Shown here piece by piece: positions 11,064 to 22,079 of a stretch of 28,765 bases of DNA (its first letter is position 1; every line of letters begins with the position of its first letter). The translations under genes were made by a program, and so were the position numbers. The DNA lies in NCBI RefSeq assembly GCF_006345805.1, contig NW_021833555.1, forward strand, positions 1-28,765. Reading direction: 5' to 3'. Under the pieces are notes generated by a model. It had not been told where the DNA came from, did no database searches, and saw only the letters and a program-made list of their open reading frames with translations. The DNA comes from Octopus sinensis (taxonomy: Eukaryota).

Positions 11064-11290
11064 AAAGGCGGCGAGCTGGCAGAATCATAAGCACACCGGA
11101 GAAAATGCTTTGCGGCATTTCGTCCGTCTTTACTTACGTTCTGAGTTCAAATTCTACCGAGGTCGACTTTGCCGTTCATCCTTTCAGAGTCGATAAATTA
11201 AGTACCAGTTGAGTACTGGGGGCTCGATGTAATCGACTATACCCCTCCTTCAAATTTCAGGTCTTGTGCCTATAGTAGAAAGGGTTAGTA
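11064..11290 (+). mobile_element. SINE family C
   Basis: aaggcggcgagctggcagaatc...gagttcaaattc (B-box-like)...gtcgataaattaagtaccagt...ttgtgcctatagtagaa; many copies in the window. Confidence 0.85.
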
Positions 11291-11305
11291 TTACAATTAA
11301 TTAAT

Positions 11306-11500
11306 GAATCGTTAGCACCCCGGGTAAAATTCTTAGTGGCATTTCGCCTGTCTTCACATTGTGAGTTCAAATTCCGCCGAAGCCTGTCTTTGATATTTTG
11401 GGGTCGATAAACTAAGTACCAGCTGAGTACTGCTCTCGATGATATCGACCAAGCCCCTTCCCCAAATTTCAGGCTTTGTATGTTTAAAAGAAAAGATTAT
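11306..11500 (+). mobile_element. SINE family C, tandem second copy, followed by a (TAT)n tail to 11620
   Basis: Colinear with 11064-11290. Confidence 0.85.
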
Positions 11501-11502
11501 TT

Positions 11503-11537
<35 letters not shown>

Positions 11538-11585
11538 CTATTATAATTATTATTATTATTATTATTGTTATTATTATTATTATTA

Positions 11586-11620
<35 letters not shown>

Positions 11621-12167
11621 GAGTGAGAGAGCAGTTCATGCCATCAAAGTGACACTGGGGTAAAATATACGAAGCCCAATATACCCATCATGACTACCCG
11701 TCTGATAAAGGCACACCAGGCACATGCATCACAACCATATGTGCTCGACATGGTGATCTCATATCAAGATAAACAGCACATGACCTTGCAGGTGGGGCCC
11801 AGTTAGAATTTTCTTCAGGTTGAGTAGCCCATCCCGCTCAAACGGTCCCTGAATAAGGGTTGTTTAAGGATGTTGAAAGAACCACCCATGTTTCCAGAGG
11901 TGAATTATTCAAACCCCAAAGAATCCCTCTCAACACATGGCTATGATGCTCCCCCACTACTTCTGCTCGTGATCAGAGATGCACATATCGTCAGCCACTA
12001 AGGGACATGCTCAACTGGTTAAGGTCAAACAACTGACAAGCAAATCTGTGGTATTGAGCAGAATATTTGCTGTAGCCCATCTTTTATACCAAGACAAAAC
12101 AATGTACATGATAACACTTCCAATCATTTAAGATCAGAAGCCATGAGAGCCATTGCCTGGTACTGCA
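11621..12167 (-). mobile_element. Non-coding interspersed element inserted in (TAA)n; probable retroelement 3' UTR or non-autonomous element
   Basis: 547-bp complex sequence sharply bounded by (TAT)n on both sides, with no recognisable ORF. Strand assumed by analogy with the neighbouring Dong-like copies. Confidence 0.5.
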
Positions 12168-12206
12168 TATTATTATTATTATTATTATTATCATTATTAT
12201 TATTAT

Positions 12207-12520
12207 TTTAGTTAGGCTCAGATTCAGTCGTAATACTGGTAGGAATTTTGTCGGTAGCGGTTTACTACCCGTAACCTTAGGCATCCACAATTTTTCAGCA
12301 GTTTTTAAGTGCTTAGAACCCTCCTAATAATTCTTGCTCTCCCTAAGAGACAAACACTCTATAGGAGCTCTAACGGGCATTCTATTTGAATCTTCTTCAG
12401 TCACTTGTCTGTATCTTTGCTTACTGTTCCCAACGCTTCAGTTATTATAGGCTCGACTTTTACTCTTCGCATGCTCTAAATTATTCCTACTTCAACTTTT
12501 AAGGGATTGCATTATTTTTT
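12207..12520 (-). mobile_element. R4/Dong-like non-LTR retrotransposon 3' end (RLE C-terminus + 3' UTR)
   Basis: Minus translation LKVEVGII*SMRRVKVEPIITEALGTVSKD...LL*SVCLLGRARIIRRVLST* matches the P-I-x-I-G-A-L-G...LLGTARIxRRVL ending; runs into (TAA)n. Confidence 0.8.
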
Positions 12521-12649
12521 GGGGGGTTATTCTTCCACTTCCTTTACAATTTTCTTATTGATTTTTTTCCTTTTATCTTTAAATTTTCTTCCATTTCTCG
12601 CTAGACTAGAAGAGCAGTAGCTAGACCAACATTTTACCCTGATCGAAAG

Positions 12650-12760
12650 AGGTACTGGAGCCACAATGAAGTACATCGCTTAGAAACACAATGCGCCGAG
12701 AAGTTAGGGAATTGAACCCTCGATCTAGCGATCGTGAGTACAACAGGCTTACCACTAGAT
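12650..12760 (-). mobile_element. Decayed head of CORE-type SINE
   Basis: gggaattgaaccc...gatcgtgag...accactag is similar to 17535-17590. Confidence 0.5.
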
Positions 12761-12799
12761 GACAGATTCCATACAGACACACACATACAAGAGTTAGAA

Positions 12800-12806
12800 G
12801 ACAGAC

Positions 12807-12860
<54 letters not shown>

Positions 12861-12861
12861 G

Positions 12862-12930
<69 letters not shown>
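12800..12930. repeat. (AGAT)n microsatellite
   Basis: Direct. Confidence 0.95.
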
Positions 12931-13596
12931 GCGTAGACAAAGATATAAACGTGTGTTGGTGTGTGCACATTAGTGTGTGTGTGTGTGTGTGCAAATGAGT
13001 ATGTGTGTGTCTATCTACGTTATGTCTGTGCATATACTGTAAGATTCACCACAAAGAATTATATACTGTGATAGAGTGGATATGTGTGTATTAAACAGCT
13101 TAATAGTTTAGTTAGTCGTCCATTAAGGCACAGTTTCACCGGTAATCAATATTCAAATAACAAATATTACATTCTCCGCATGTGTATGACACCAATTTTG
13201 TGGAAAAAGATTAGGGGCATGAACAAAGAAATCTACAAGATGTTAACATCTGGATGGTTTGAAAATTGTAACTCTACTTCAAATCGATGTATGAAGCTAT
13301 ATCTCAAAAAGTTGACTGCTGCTAAATAATTTCTATAAATGCATGTCATTAAATTATAAAATTACAAAATTATTGAATACTATAAGTTATTAAGGGAGAC
13401 CAAGTATAAATTTCAAAATCTATGTTCTTCACCATAAAAATTGAATATGCGTAACAAAGTAAAAGCTCTTGTGCATGCATATATATATATATATATATGA
13501 CTATAAATGTATGTGTGTATGTATATGTATTTGTACTCATATATGCAAAGAAATTTTCCATATATATAAATATACATATATATATATATGCTCTTA

Positions 13597-13969
13597 TATT
13601 CTTTTATTTGTTTCAGTCATTTGACTGCGGCCATGCTGGAATACCGCCTTTAGTCGAACAAATCGACCCCAGGACTTATTCTCTGTAAGCCTAGTACTTA
13701 TTCTATTGGTCTCTTTCGCCGAACCGCTACATTATGGGGGCGTAAACACACCAACATCTGTTGTCAAACGATGGTGGTGGGACAAACACAGACACACAAA
13801 CATATATATACGACAGGCTTCTTTCAGTTTTCGTCTACCAAATCCACTCACAAGTGTTTGGTCAGCCCGAAGCTATAGGACAATACACTTGCCCAAGGTG
13901 CCACACAGTGGGACTGAAGCCGGAACCATGTGGTTGGTGAGCAAGCTACTTACTACACAACCGCTCCTG
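13597..13969 (-). mobile_element. SINE family A, full length
   Basis: High identity to 1722-2141. Confidence 0.9.
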
Positions 13970-14034
13970 TTTATATGTATGTGTATGTATGTATGTATGT
14001 ATGTGTGTGTGTCTGTGTGTTTGTGTGTGTGTGT

Positions 14035-14065
<31 letters not shown>

Positions 14066-14415
14066 AGCGCTGTTCCTCCATCTACACAGAATATTGCGTT
14101 TAATTGTGACTTAATTTTGTCCGGCCGCAAGTTTAAGAGAAGGAAAAACCAACAGCAAAATGACACTTCGAAAGTCGCTACACGGCAACCGCGCAACAGA
14201 TACAGAGTGCAATGTGCGTGTGTATATATGTGCGTATATTTGTGTGAGTGTTCCTGCGGGCGTGCATGTGTGTATGTGTGTCTATGTGTACTATTTTATT
14301 GTGAGTGCATGTGGTTCTTATATGTGGTCGGCAGTATTTCAATATTTAAAATCCTCGACCAGACAAGCATATTTTTTTTCCTAACGTTTTTTTTTTTTCT
14401 TCTATGTTGTCTCAG

Positions 14416-14554
14416 AGAATGAAATACTTTCTTGGCCGAGCTAACTGAACCAGCTGTGCCCGCGTCCGACAACTATCCATCACGTTTTATGGCTGTTTTA
14501 TCCATATCCTAAAGTCAGTAGGTGCGTCTTTAGTTGGCATTAGTCCTTATTAAG
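14416..14554 (+). other. Candidate non-coding exon
   Basis: CTAAC branch point (14381-85), long pyrimidine tract, CAG acceptor (14413-15). Donors AG|GTGCGT after 14521 or AAG|GTAAAG after 14554. Stops in all three frames. Confidence 0.3.
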
Positions 14555-15017
14555 GTAAAGTAAAGACAGATTTATGTGATACCTTCCAAAGAAAATCCGT
14601 ACGTGTTAAACGGTATGCGATTATTTATTTCTACTTTTTACTTTTATATGATTTATTTTTAATCTTTTATATATATTTTTTTAATATTTTTTTCTATATA
14701 TCAATTTATGGGTAATTCGGAAACCGATAATTATTTGATAGACATTCACCCTCCGACAAACGACAAATATTCTCCAAAAGTATTGATACAAAAGCTAATA
14801 CAATACGTTTCTACAGAGTTTAAAAAAACACTCCTTGATTTTATATGCTTCAAGATGACAGCTTACAATTGGTTATTTTTTAACGGAGTTAGGGAGATGA
14901 ACGATATCAACATTTGCCAATTGCACAAACTGATTAAATTTAGTAAGTTTGCGATGACATTTAAATATTTATTCCTGGTTTTAGAACAAGGGATCTCGAT
15001 ACACAAACAGCTATAAA

Positions 15018-15427
15018 GGATCTTTTCGGTTTGAACGGCAGTTTTTTCTAGCGGTGTCATATGAAATTGTCACCCATAATTATGACCCTAGTATCGCCCT
15101 ATTGCATTTCAATCTGTTTTAGGGTTAGGGTTAGGGTTAGGGGGGAAGGGTATCTTTTTTTCTTCACAAATGTAAATGAGCCCAATCTGTTTCTTAAACG
15201 AGGGACATATTCATACGGCACAGACTGTTTTTTACCTCAATATACGTCATTGATTTGTTGAAATTGCAGAAAAACCACAACAAATATCTTACAAACTGTA
15301 GAATTTTCTCAATAAAGTCAAGAGGAAAAGATGTTTTATAAACAAATTCTACCATTATACGAAGTTTAAAAGTGTTTAGTTACGTGGAAATTATTTTAAA
15401 AAACTGCCGTTCAAACCGAAAAGATCC
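15018..15427. mobile_element. MITE, 410 bp, perfect 30-bp TIRs, 8-bp TSD, internal (TTAGGG)4
   Basis: TIR ggatcttttcggtttgaacggcagtttttt at 15018-47 / 15398-427. TSD gctataaa (15010-17) / gcgataaa (15428-35). TTAGGG x4 at 15119-15142. Confidence 0.9.
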
Positions 15428-15879
15428 GCGATAAATAAGAGCATGTAAATATCAGGTTGAAAACCCATGGAATAGGAAAAGTCGAATACTGTCCATCGGA
15501 CTAAAACCCAGACCTTGAATGGTTACAACGTTATAATGTTAACAACATACAACCCACGCTAGTAAGAATAGAGTTTCTAAAATGGACGGTAGGGAATTCG
15601 ATGGATGTTTTGTTCAACGTTAGAACGCCTGTCGTAGCTACATCAGATGTGGGTTCGATCCCAATGGGAAAACTAGCACCGTATCTATACAAAATAGCTT
15701 TGAAACAACATTTTCATGTTATTCATTATTGTTTTATGTGCTTCAAGGTCTATTAATCCAATAACAATTAATTCACACTCTCTCGAAATTTTTAAATACA
15801 TTTAACGTCAACGACAAAGTATTTTTGTTTTGCTTTTAATATCATTCGCTGTGTTTTTTTAATCTTATTGATATTGATG

Positions 15880-16690
15880 ATGTGAACAATTTTGTTATAG
15901 CCTATCAGCGTTTTGGCTTTCAATTAAACATCAAGAATACCAAAGTCCAAGCACAGCCAACCCCCAAATACCAACTTACCAGATTTAATGTTGCTATCGA
16001 TGGTACACCTCTTGAAAAAGTAGAACATTTTCCATATCTAGGCAGCCTTTTATCATACAAGTGCACCCCAGAAAAGGATGTGGAACACAGATTTGAAGCT
16101 GCACACGGAGTATTTCGAAAGTTAAACAAATGCGTCTTCAACAACAAAGATCTTAACTTAACAATGAATGCTTTGGCCCATAGTATTATAGTCATTTCAA
16201 CCTTGCTATTTGGCTGCGAAGTGGAGGCACATGGCCTTGTGGTTAGAACAGCGGACTCGCGGCCGAGGGATCGAGGGTTCGAATCTCAGACCGGGCGATG
16301 TGTGTCTTTATGAGCAAAACACCTAAGCTTCACGCGGCTCCGACAGAAGGTAATGGCAAAACTTCTGCTGACTCTTTCGCCACAAATTTCTTTCACTCTT
16401 TACCCCTGCATCTTGCGGCTCACCTGCAACGGACCGGCGTCCCGTCCAGTGGGGGGAGGGACCTATACGCCAAGGAAACCGGGAAACAGGCCCTTATGAG
16501 CCAGGCGTAGCTCGAGAAGGAATAAACAACATATGGCTGCGAAACATGGACTCTATATCGTCGTGACATCCAAAAATTAGAAAGCTTTCACCACCAAAAA
16601 GCTTCGATTTAATCCTGAGCATCAAATGGGGAACACTATTCAACCAAAAACTAAATCCTGGAAAGAGCCAACAGCCAAAGTATCGAAATT
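15880..16690 (+). mobile_element. RTE-clade LINE fragment (RT C-terminal region), interrupted by a SINE
   Basis: RFGFQLNIKNTKV...LEKVEHFPYLGS...ISTLL(Y)GCE|TWTLYRRDIQKLESFHHQK...ILSIKW...ILERANSQSIE, with frameshifts. Confidence 0.85.
16221..16530 (+). mobile_element. tRNA(Arg)-like SINE family B, tail type 1, full length with TSD
   Basis: ggaggcacatggccttgtggttag...gactcgcg...ggttcgaatctc head. TSD atttggctgcgaa (16208-20) / atatggctgcgaa (16531-43). Confidence 0.9.
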
Positions 16691-16990
16691 TTATTGATAT
16701 TTTTCTGCGTTGTTGATTTTGGGTAATTCGGTCGTTACTGATATCGTTGCTGTTAACAATAATTTTACGTTTTGTTTCATATATCTTACCTATGCTACTT
16801 ACATTATCAAGAGCTTATCTGCCTTGAAAATATAGTCACCAGACTACACAGTTATATAGTAAATCCATTATTCAGTGCAGTAATAAGAATATTCTCGATA
16901 TGAACAACGTTCCTGGAGAATGTATTTATATTTGTTGTTATGGGTTTCGCCAATATATGTGCCTTCACTTATTACCAGTAACTAATTAGT

Positions 16991-17313
16991 AGAAGCGCGT
17001 TGCTTCGTGGCTAGGGTAATCGGCTCATGATCGTAAGGTCGTGGGTTCGATTCTCTGCAGAGCGCTTTGTCTTTGAGCAAGACAGTTTATTTCACGTTGC
17101 TTCAGTCCACTTAGCTAGCGAAAATGAGTTTTACATGTAATTCAAAAGGCCGGCCTTGTCACATTCTGTGTCGTGCTGAATCTCTCTGAGAAGTACGCTA
17201 AGGGTACGCGTGTTTGTGGAATGCTCAGCCACTTGCACGGTAATTTCACGAGCAGGCTGTTCCATTGATCGGATCAACTGGAGCCCTTGTCATCGTAATC
17301 GACGGAGTGCCAG
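16991..17313 (+). mobile_element. CORE-type tRNA SINE with tail type 2
   Basis: tRNA head (ggttcgattc), CORE-like tttgagcaagacagttt...cagtccacttagct...aaaatgagt, and a tail shared with 18720-18905. Confidence 0.85.
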
Positions 17314-17341
17314 TTAACTAAATAAGTGTATATCCTTGTAT

Positions 17342-17590
17342 AGCTTGCTCGTGAAATTTACGTGCAAGTGGCTGACATGTATACCGTTGATGCAGTTCTC
17401 AGGGAGATTCAGCGTGACACAGAATGTGACAAGGCTGGCCCTTTTGAAATACAGGTACAACTTATTCTTCTCAGCTAAAGTGGACTGGAGCAACGTGAAA
17501 TAAAGTGTCTTGCTCGAGGACAGAACGCGTCGCCGGAAATTGAACTCACGACCTTACGATCGTGAGCCGAAATCCCTAACCACTAGGCTG
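17342..17590 (-). mobile_element. CORE-type tRNA SINE, inverted relative to 16991-17313
   Basis: Reverse-complement homology to 16995-17260. Confidence 0.85.
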
Positions 17591-18189
17591 CCCCTATCAT
17601 TGAAGCAACGTCTAAACAACCATAAGTCTTCAAGTCTCTGACTAGACACGTTTGGCGCTTAAAAGAGGAAGGTACGCTATACATAATTAAGTAGTAGCTA
17701 TTTGAACAGCCAGGCTCTTATATAAACAGAAGCAAACGATGTCAGCTTTGCTTGGCTGAAAAGGGCAAAGAATCTTATAAAAAACTCACTTGACCAGAGG
17801 AGCGTTTTACACTCCAGGAAAGAAGTATTCAGTCAATGCCCTTATCTAAATTGTTTTTACTTCATACTTGAAATTTCCATCCGTTGAATAGTCCCGCCAC
17901 AGCTCCTTCGAATATCATAATGGCCGGAGCCGACGTAAGGCATAGGTGTAACCCCATCTTGCTAACCCCGTCCCACAGCACTGACAATTATTGTTTATTT
18001 ACAAGACTGTCTTTTGTTTTTAAAATAAGACAATTTTAGAATTCCAGTCAGAAGCAAGATAGCTGCTGCATAGCTTCACATCTTTCAATCTCGTCGTTTG
18101 AAAATCAGAGAACACGGTGAAACCGGTTGCTTCTTTAAAAATTTAACAAAAAAAAAAATAAACCTATCCCAGTGCATTTTCAACTTTCA

Positions 18190-18261
18190 TATATATATAT
18201 ATATATACATAAATACATATTTGTGTGTGTATAAATATATTGCGAGTGTAAACACACATAG

Positions 18262-18307
<46 letters not shown>

Positions 18308-18352
18308 GTGTGTATTATATATATATATATATATATGTGTGTGTATTTATAT

Positions 18353-18406
<54 letters not shown>
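18190..18406. repeat. (TA)n/(CA)n microsatellite cluster
   Basis: Direct. Confidence 0.9.
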
Positions 18407-18408
<2 letters not shown>

Positions 18409-18719
18409 TACGTATGGCATGAAGTTCAACAATTAGAAGAGCATGCGATCAGTTGTGAGGGTAATGATATTATTAATTAAATCCACTCAAGGAACATGTG
18501 AAATGCAGCTATCCATGTTTTTCTGTGAGAATATTAAATTTATTGCGTTATATTTCAGGCTGGTAATGTTAATGATGTGGGTTATCATCTCAGTAGGATT
18601 TAAGTGAAGTTTGAATGAACGCTAATGGTTTGAGAAAGACAGAGACCTGTCAAGAGGAAATAATTCACTGAACAGCAAATAGAGGCAGACCCTTAAAAGG
18701 GGTAAAGATATATGTTTAT

Positions 18720-19109
18720 TGATTGGAAGCACTCCGTCGGTTACGACGACGAGGGTTCCGGTTGATCCGAATCAACGGAACAGCCTGCTCGTGAAATTAA
18801 CGTGTAAGTGGCTGAGCACTCCACAGACACGTGTACCCTTAACGTAGTTCTCGGGGATATTCAGCGTGACACAGAGAGTGACAAGGCCGACCCTTTGAAA
18901 TACAGGTACAACAGAAACAGGAAGTAAGAGTGAGAGAAAGTTGTGGTGAAAGAGTACAGCAGGGATCACCACCATCCCCTGCCGGAGCCTCGTGGAGCTT
19001 TAGGTGTTTTCGCTCAATAAACACTCACAACGCCCGGTCTGGGAATCGAAACCGCAATCCTATGACCGCGAGTCCGCTGCCCTAACCACTGGGCCATTGC
19101 GCCTCCACC
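18720..19109 (-). mobile_element. tRNA(Arg)-like SINE family B, tail type 2, full length with perfect 12-bp TSD
   Basis: TSD atatatgtttat at 18708-19 / 19110-21. Head shared with the 16221 copy, tail shared with the 16991 copy. Confidence 0.92.
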
Positions 19110-19236
19110 ATATATGTTTATATATATCCGTTTAATAAATTATAATGAACCGACTATTACATTTATGTTATAATAATATAAATTTGTTTTACAGAGAGAG
19201 ACACGTATGTATTTATGTTATATTATATAATACAAG

Positions 19237-19430
19237 TCTGTCTTTGCGGTTTGAGTTCAAATTCCGCCGAGGTCAACTTTGTCTCTCATCCTTTCTGGGT
19301 CGATAAATTAAGTACGAGTAGCGTATTGGGGTCGATCTAATTAAGTACCAGTTGCGTACTGGAGTCGATCTAATCAACTGGCCCCCTCTACAAAAGTTTC
19401 GGACCTTGTGACTAAAGTAGAAAAAATTAC
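19237..19430 (+). mobile_element. SINE family C, 5'-truncated, with an internal 33-bp tandem duplication
   Basis: gagttcaaattccgccgaggtcaacttt...; duplicated units at 19306-38 and 19339-71. Confidence 0.85.
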
Positions 19431-19599
19431 ATAGGACACGTCCATTAAAAACTAATTTATAAAAGATTCCCTACTTTATGTAAAACCGATTCTTCTTTTA
19501 AAGGATACACCCAGTCATTTTTCCCAATCACTATTCGTGGGAGTATTGTGGAGATTAGAGTTCTGAGGTATCTCTTCCATGAGGTCCTACCGGGAGCAA

Positions 19600-19960
19600 C
19601 CATCATTATACTCTTTCGAAGAGTGACCCACTGAGATTATGGATATTATGTAATATATCATTCTTGGTTTATCGCTAGGGCTTCTGTCGGTTTACTCGGC
19701 TTCAAAAATAATCTATCTTGCAATACTTTCCTGCGATTTTCCGATAACATGTCCGTAGTATCGGAGTTGTGACCTGTCAATGCAAAAAAAGTGGTGTCTA
19801 CGCCTGGAGAGAAAATCTGGTCTCCGAATTACGCCCCTTGTCGAACAACGTTACTCCAGAAATCCTTCGGACGGTCCCCATTTCGGCCGCTTGTATTCTC
19901 ATCATACTCTTCATTACCCAATATTCAAAACCATTGTTGAAGAAAACACTTAAATCTAGT
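19600..19960 (-). mobile_element. RTE-clade (Rex3/Expander-like) LINE C-terminal fragment
   Basis: Minus translation GFEYWVMKSMMRIQAAEMGTVRRISGVTLFDKGRNSE...IDRSQLRYYGHVI...DRSPSDKPR. Boundaries approximate. Confidence 0.8.
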
Positions 19961-20012
19961 TGAAGATATCAACTTTGCATTACTTATAACATTCCAGTAT
20001 GTTATATTTTTA

Positions 20013-20211
20013 TCTTTTACTTGTTTCATTCATACACTGCGGTCATGCTGGGGCAACGCCTCAAAGTAAGTCTAGTCGAATGGATCGGCCCCAGTCCCTT
20101 TTTTTTAATTATTTAAGCCTGGTACTTATTGCATCGGTGTCTATTACCGAACCGCTAGATTACGGGGGCGTAAACACAAAAATACCAGTAATTAAGCAGT
20201 GGCGGGGGACA
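20013..20211 (-). mobile_element. SINE family A, 3' half
   Basis: cttttacttgtttca...ctgcggtcatgctgggg...ccgaaccgctag...gtaaacac matches 1740-1915. Confidence 0.8.
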
Positions 20212-20911
20212 TTATTATTATTAGTCAGGTCACTACTTGAAATCGAACTCGGAATCTTGTGGTTAAGAGCCAGGGCTACCATGTAAATAACGTAAGTAAT
20301 GTAAATAATTAAATTTATATCACGTTAATTTCAGACGCATATTTAAAGAAATATTTTATTTTTCCAACTACACCTCTTGTAACATTATACATCTTTATTT
20401 TAAAAAATCATAGCATGTTTGAAGTTTTAAAAATATATTTCGTAACTAATAACAAAAATAGTCAATAAAAAAGAATATACAAATAACGAGAATAACCGAA
20501 AGAAAGAAAACGAGATGGGTATAAACATCTATCTTAAAATAAAAACGTTGTAATTTGCTGACAAAACTTCGTGTAAGAAGCATGAATGGTCAAGGGAGGA
20601 TACTCTGCGATCTTCTGTTATCAATACTGCTGCAGTTATGACCACAGGGAAAATACTCTTTCAATTTTCACTGGTTTCGTTATTCGATAAATTAAAAATG
20701 AACAAAAGGAATTCCGTTCAAACAAATTATTAAATATAAATACATACATACATATATATAAATATAAATAAATAAATAAATAAATATATATATATATATA
20801 TTTATAATAAGTGTAGGTGGCATACGAGTGGGTATATATTTATAAAAAAGAAGTTTGAAAACGCCACTCTATATGATAAATTTTAATTTTCTTAGTGGTG
20901 TTTTCAAACTT

Positions 20912-20948
<37 letters not shown>

Positions 20949-21067
20949 TGATAAGAGTTGTTACATGCGTATGTTTACGTCTAAAGAATCACATCGATTT
21001 GTAAATGTTATTTTTTGCGGGGGATTGCTTAATTATCATATTATGTTTTATATATTTTATATATTTA

Positions 21068-21475
21068 AGGTGCAGGAGTGGCTGTGTGGTAAGTAGCTTG
21101 CTTGCCAACCACATGATTCCGGGTTCAGTCCCACTGCGTGGCACCTTGGGCGAGTGTTTTCTACTATAGCCTCGGGCCGACCAAATTCTCGTCACTGGAT
21201 TTGGTAGACGGAAACTGAAAAAACCCCATCGTATATATATATATATATGTATGTATGTTTGTATGTATGTTTGTGTGTCTGTGTCTGCCCCCCCCCCAAC
21301 ATCACTTGACAACCGATGCTGGTGTGTTTACGTCCCCGTAACTTAGCGGTTCGGCAAAAGAGACCGATAGAATAAGTAGTAAGTTTACAAAGAATAAGTG
21401 CTGGGGTCGATTTGCTCGACTAAAGGCGGTGCTCCAGCATGGTCGCAGTCAAATGACTGAAACAAGTAAAAGAGT
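21068..21475 (+). mobile_element. SINE family A, full length
   Basis: tRNA-like head, internal TA/TATG microsatellite, tail ...aatgactgaaacaagtaaaagag. Confidence 0.92.
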
Positions 21476-22028
21476 ATATATTTATAATTTGCTATTGTAT
21501 TCTACAGTATAAGACAGTATGAGCTGCATCAGTGTTTGACATTTTTCTTTTGTTATTGTTGTTGTTGTTGTAGTTGTTTAGCGCAGATCAGTCATAATCA
21601 AACGGATTTACGATTAAAGGTTTTTCTAGCCGTGATACTCCAATCATTTTTAGTTCATGGTATATCTATATGCTGGCTGTATGAAACCATTTCATTTATT
21701 CGGCGGGTCGTGCTACTACTACAAAAAAAGCTGGGGTGGAGAAAAGAATCAAGATGGTTTGTCGTTTGGGATCACTATTCAGAATGTCACACGGGCCGCA
21801 AACTGCATGCTACTCTTTCAAATACTGATACATAGAACTACGTAGTATCTGTCTCCCACACTGACTCACTATATCCACGGTATAAATAACTGTGTGCATG
21901 TGTGTGTTTGTGTAGTTTTATATATATACATATATACATACATATATAAAACTACACAAATACACACACACATATATATAGGTGTATCTATGTGTATATA
22001 CGTTTATATATAAGTATATGTATATGTA

Positions 22029-22076
<48 letters not shown>

Positions 22077-22079
<3 letters not shown>

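Noticed and set aside
9895-11196. 433-aa poly-Ile/Ser/His ORF and antisense poly-Met ORFs
   Set aside because: Stop-free translation of (CAT)n running into a SINE; non-ATG start.
13706-14422. 238-aa ORF
   Set aside because: Composed of antisense SINE plus (TG)n; no domain.
15119-15142. Telomere or chromosome-fusion relic
   Set aside because: Only four units, internal to a TIR-bounded MITE.
16221-16295. tRNA-Arg gene-like sequence (also 19035-19109 and a B-box at about 15651)
   Set aside because: These are SINE heads continuing into SINE bodies, or decayed fragments; no complete cloverleaf.
17785-17985. Possible minus-strand exon (GTGAGT donor near 17789)
   Set aside because: Weak acceptor and stops in all frames; no recognisable protein.
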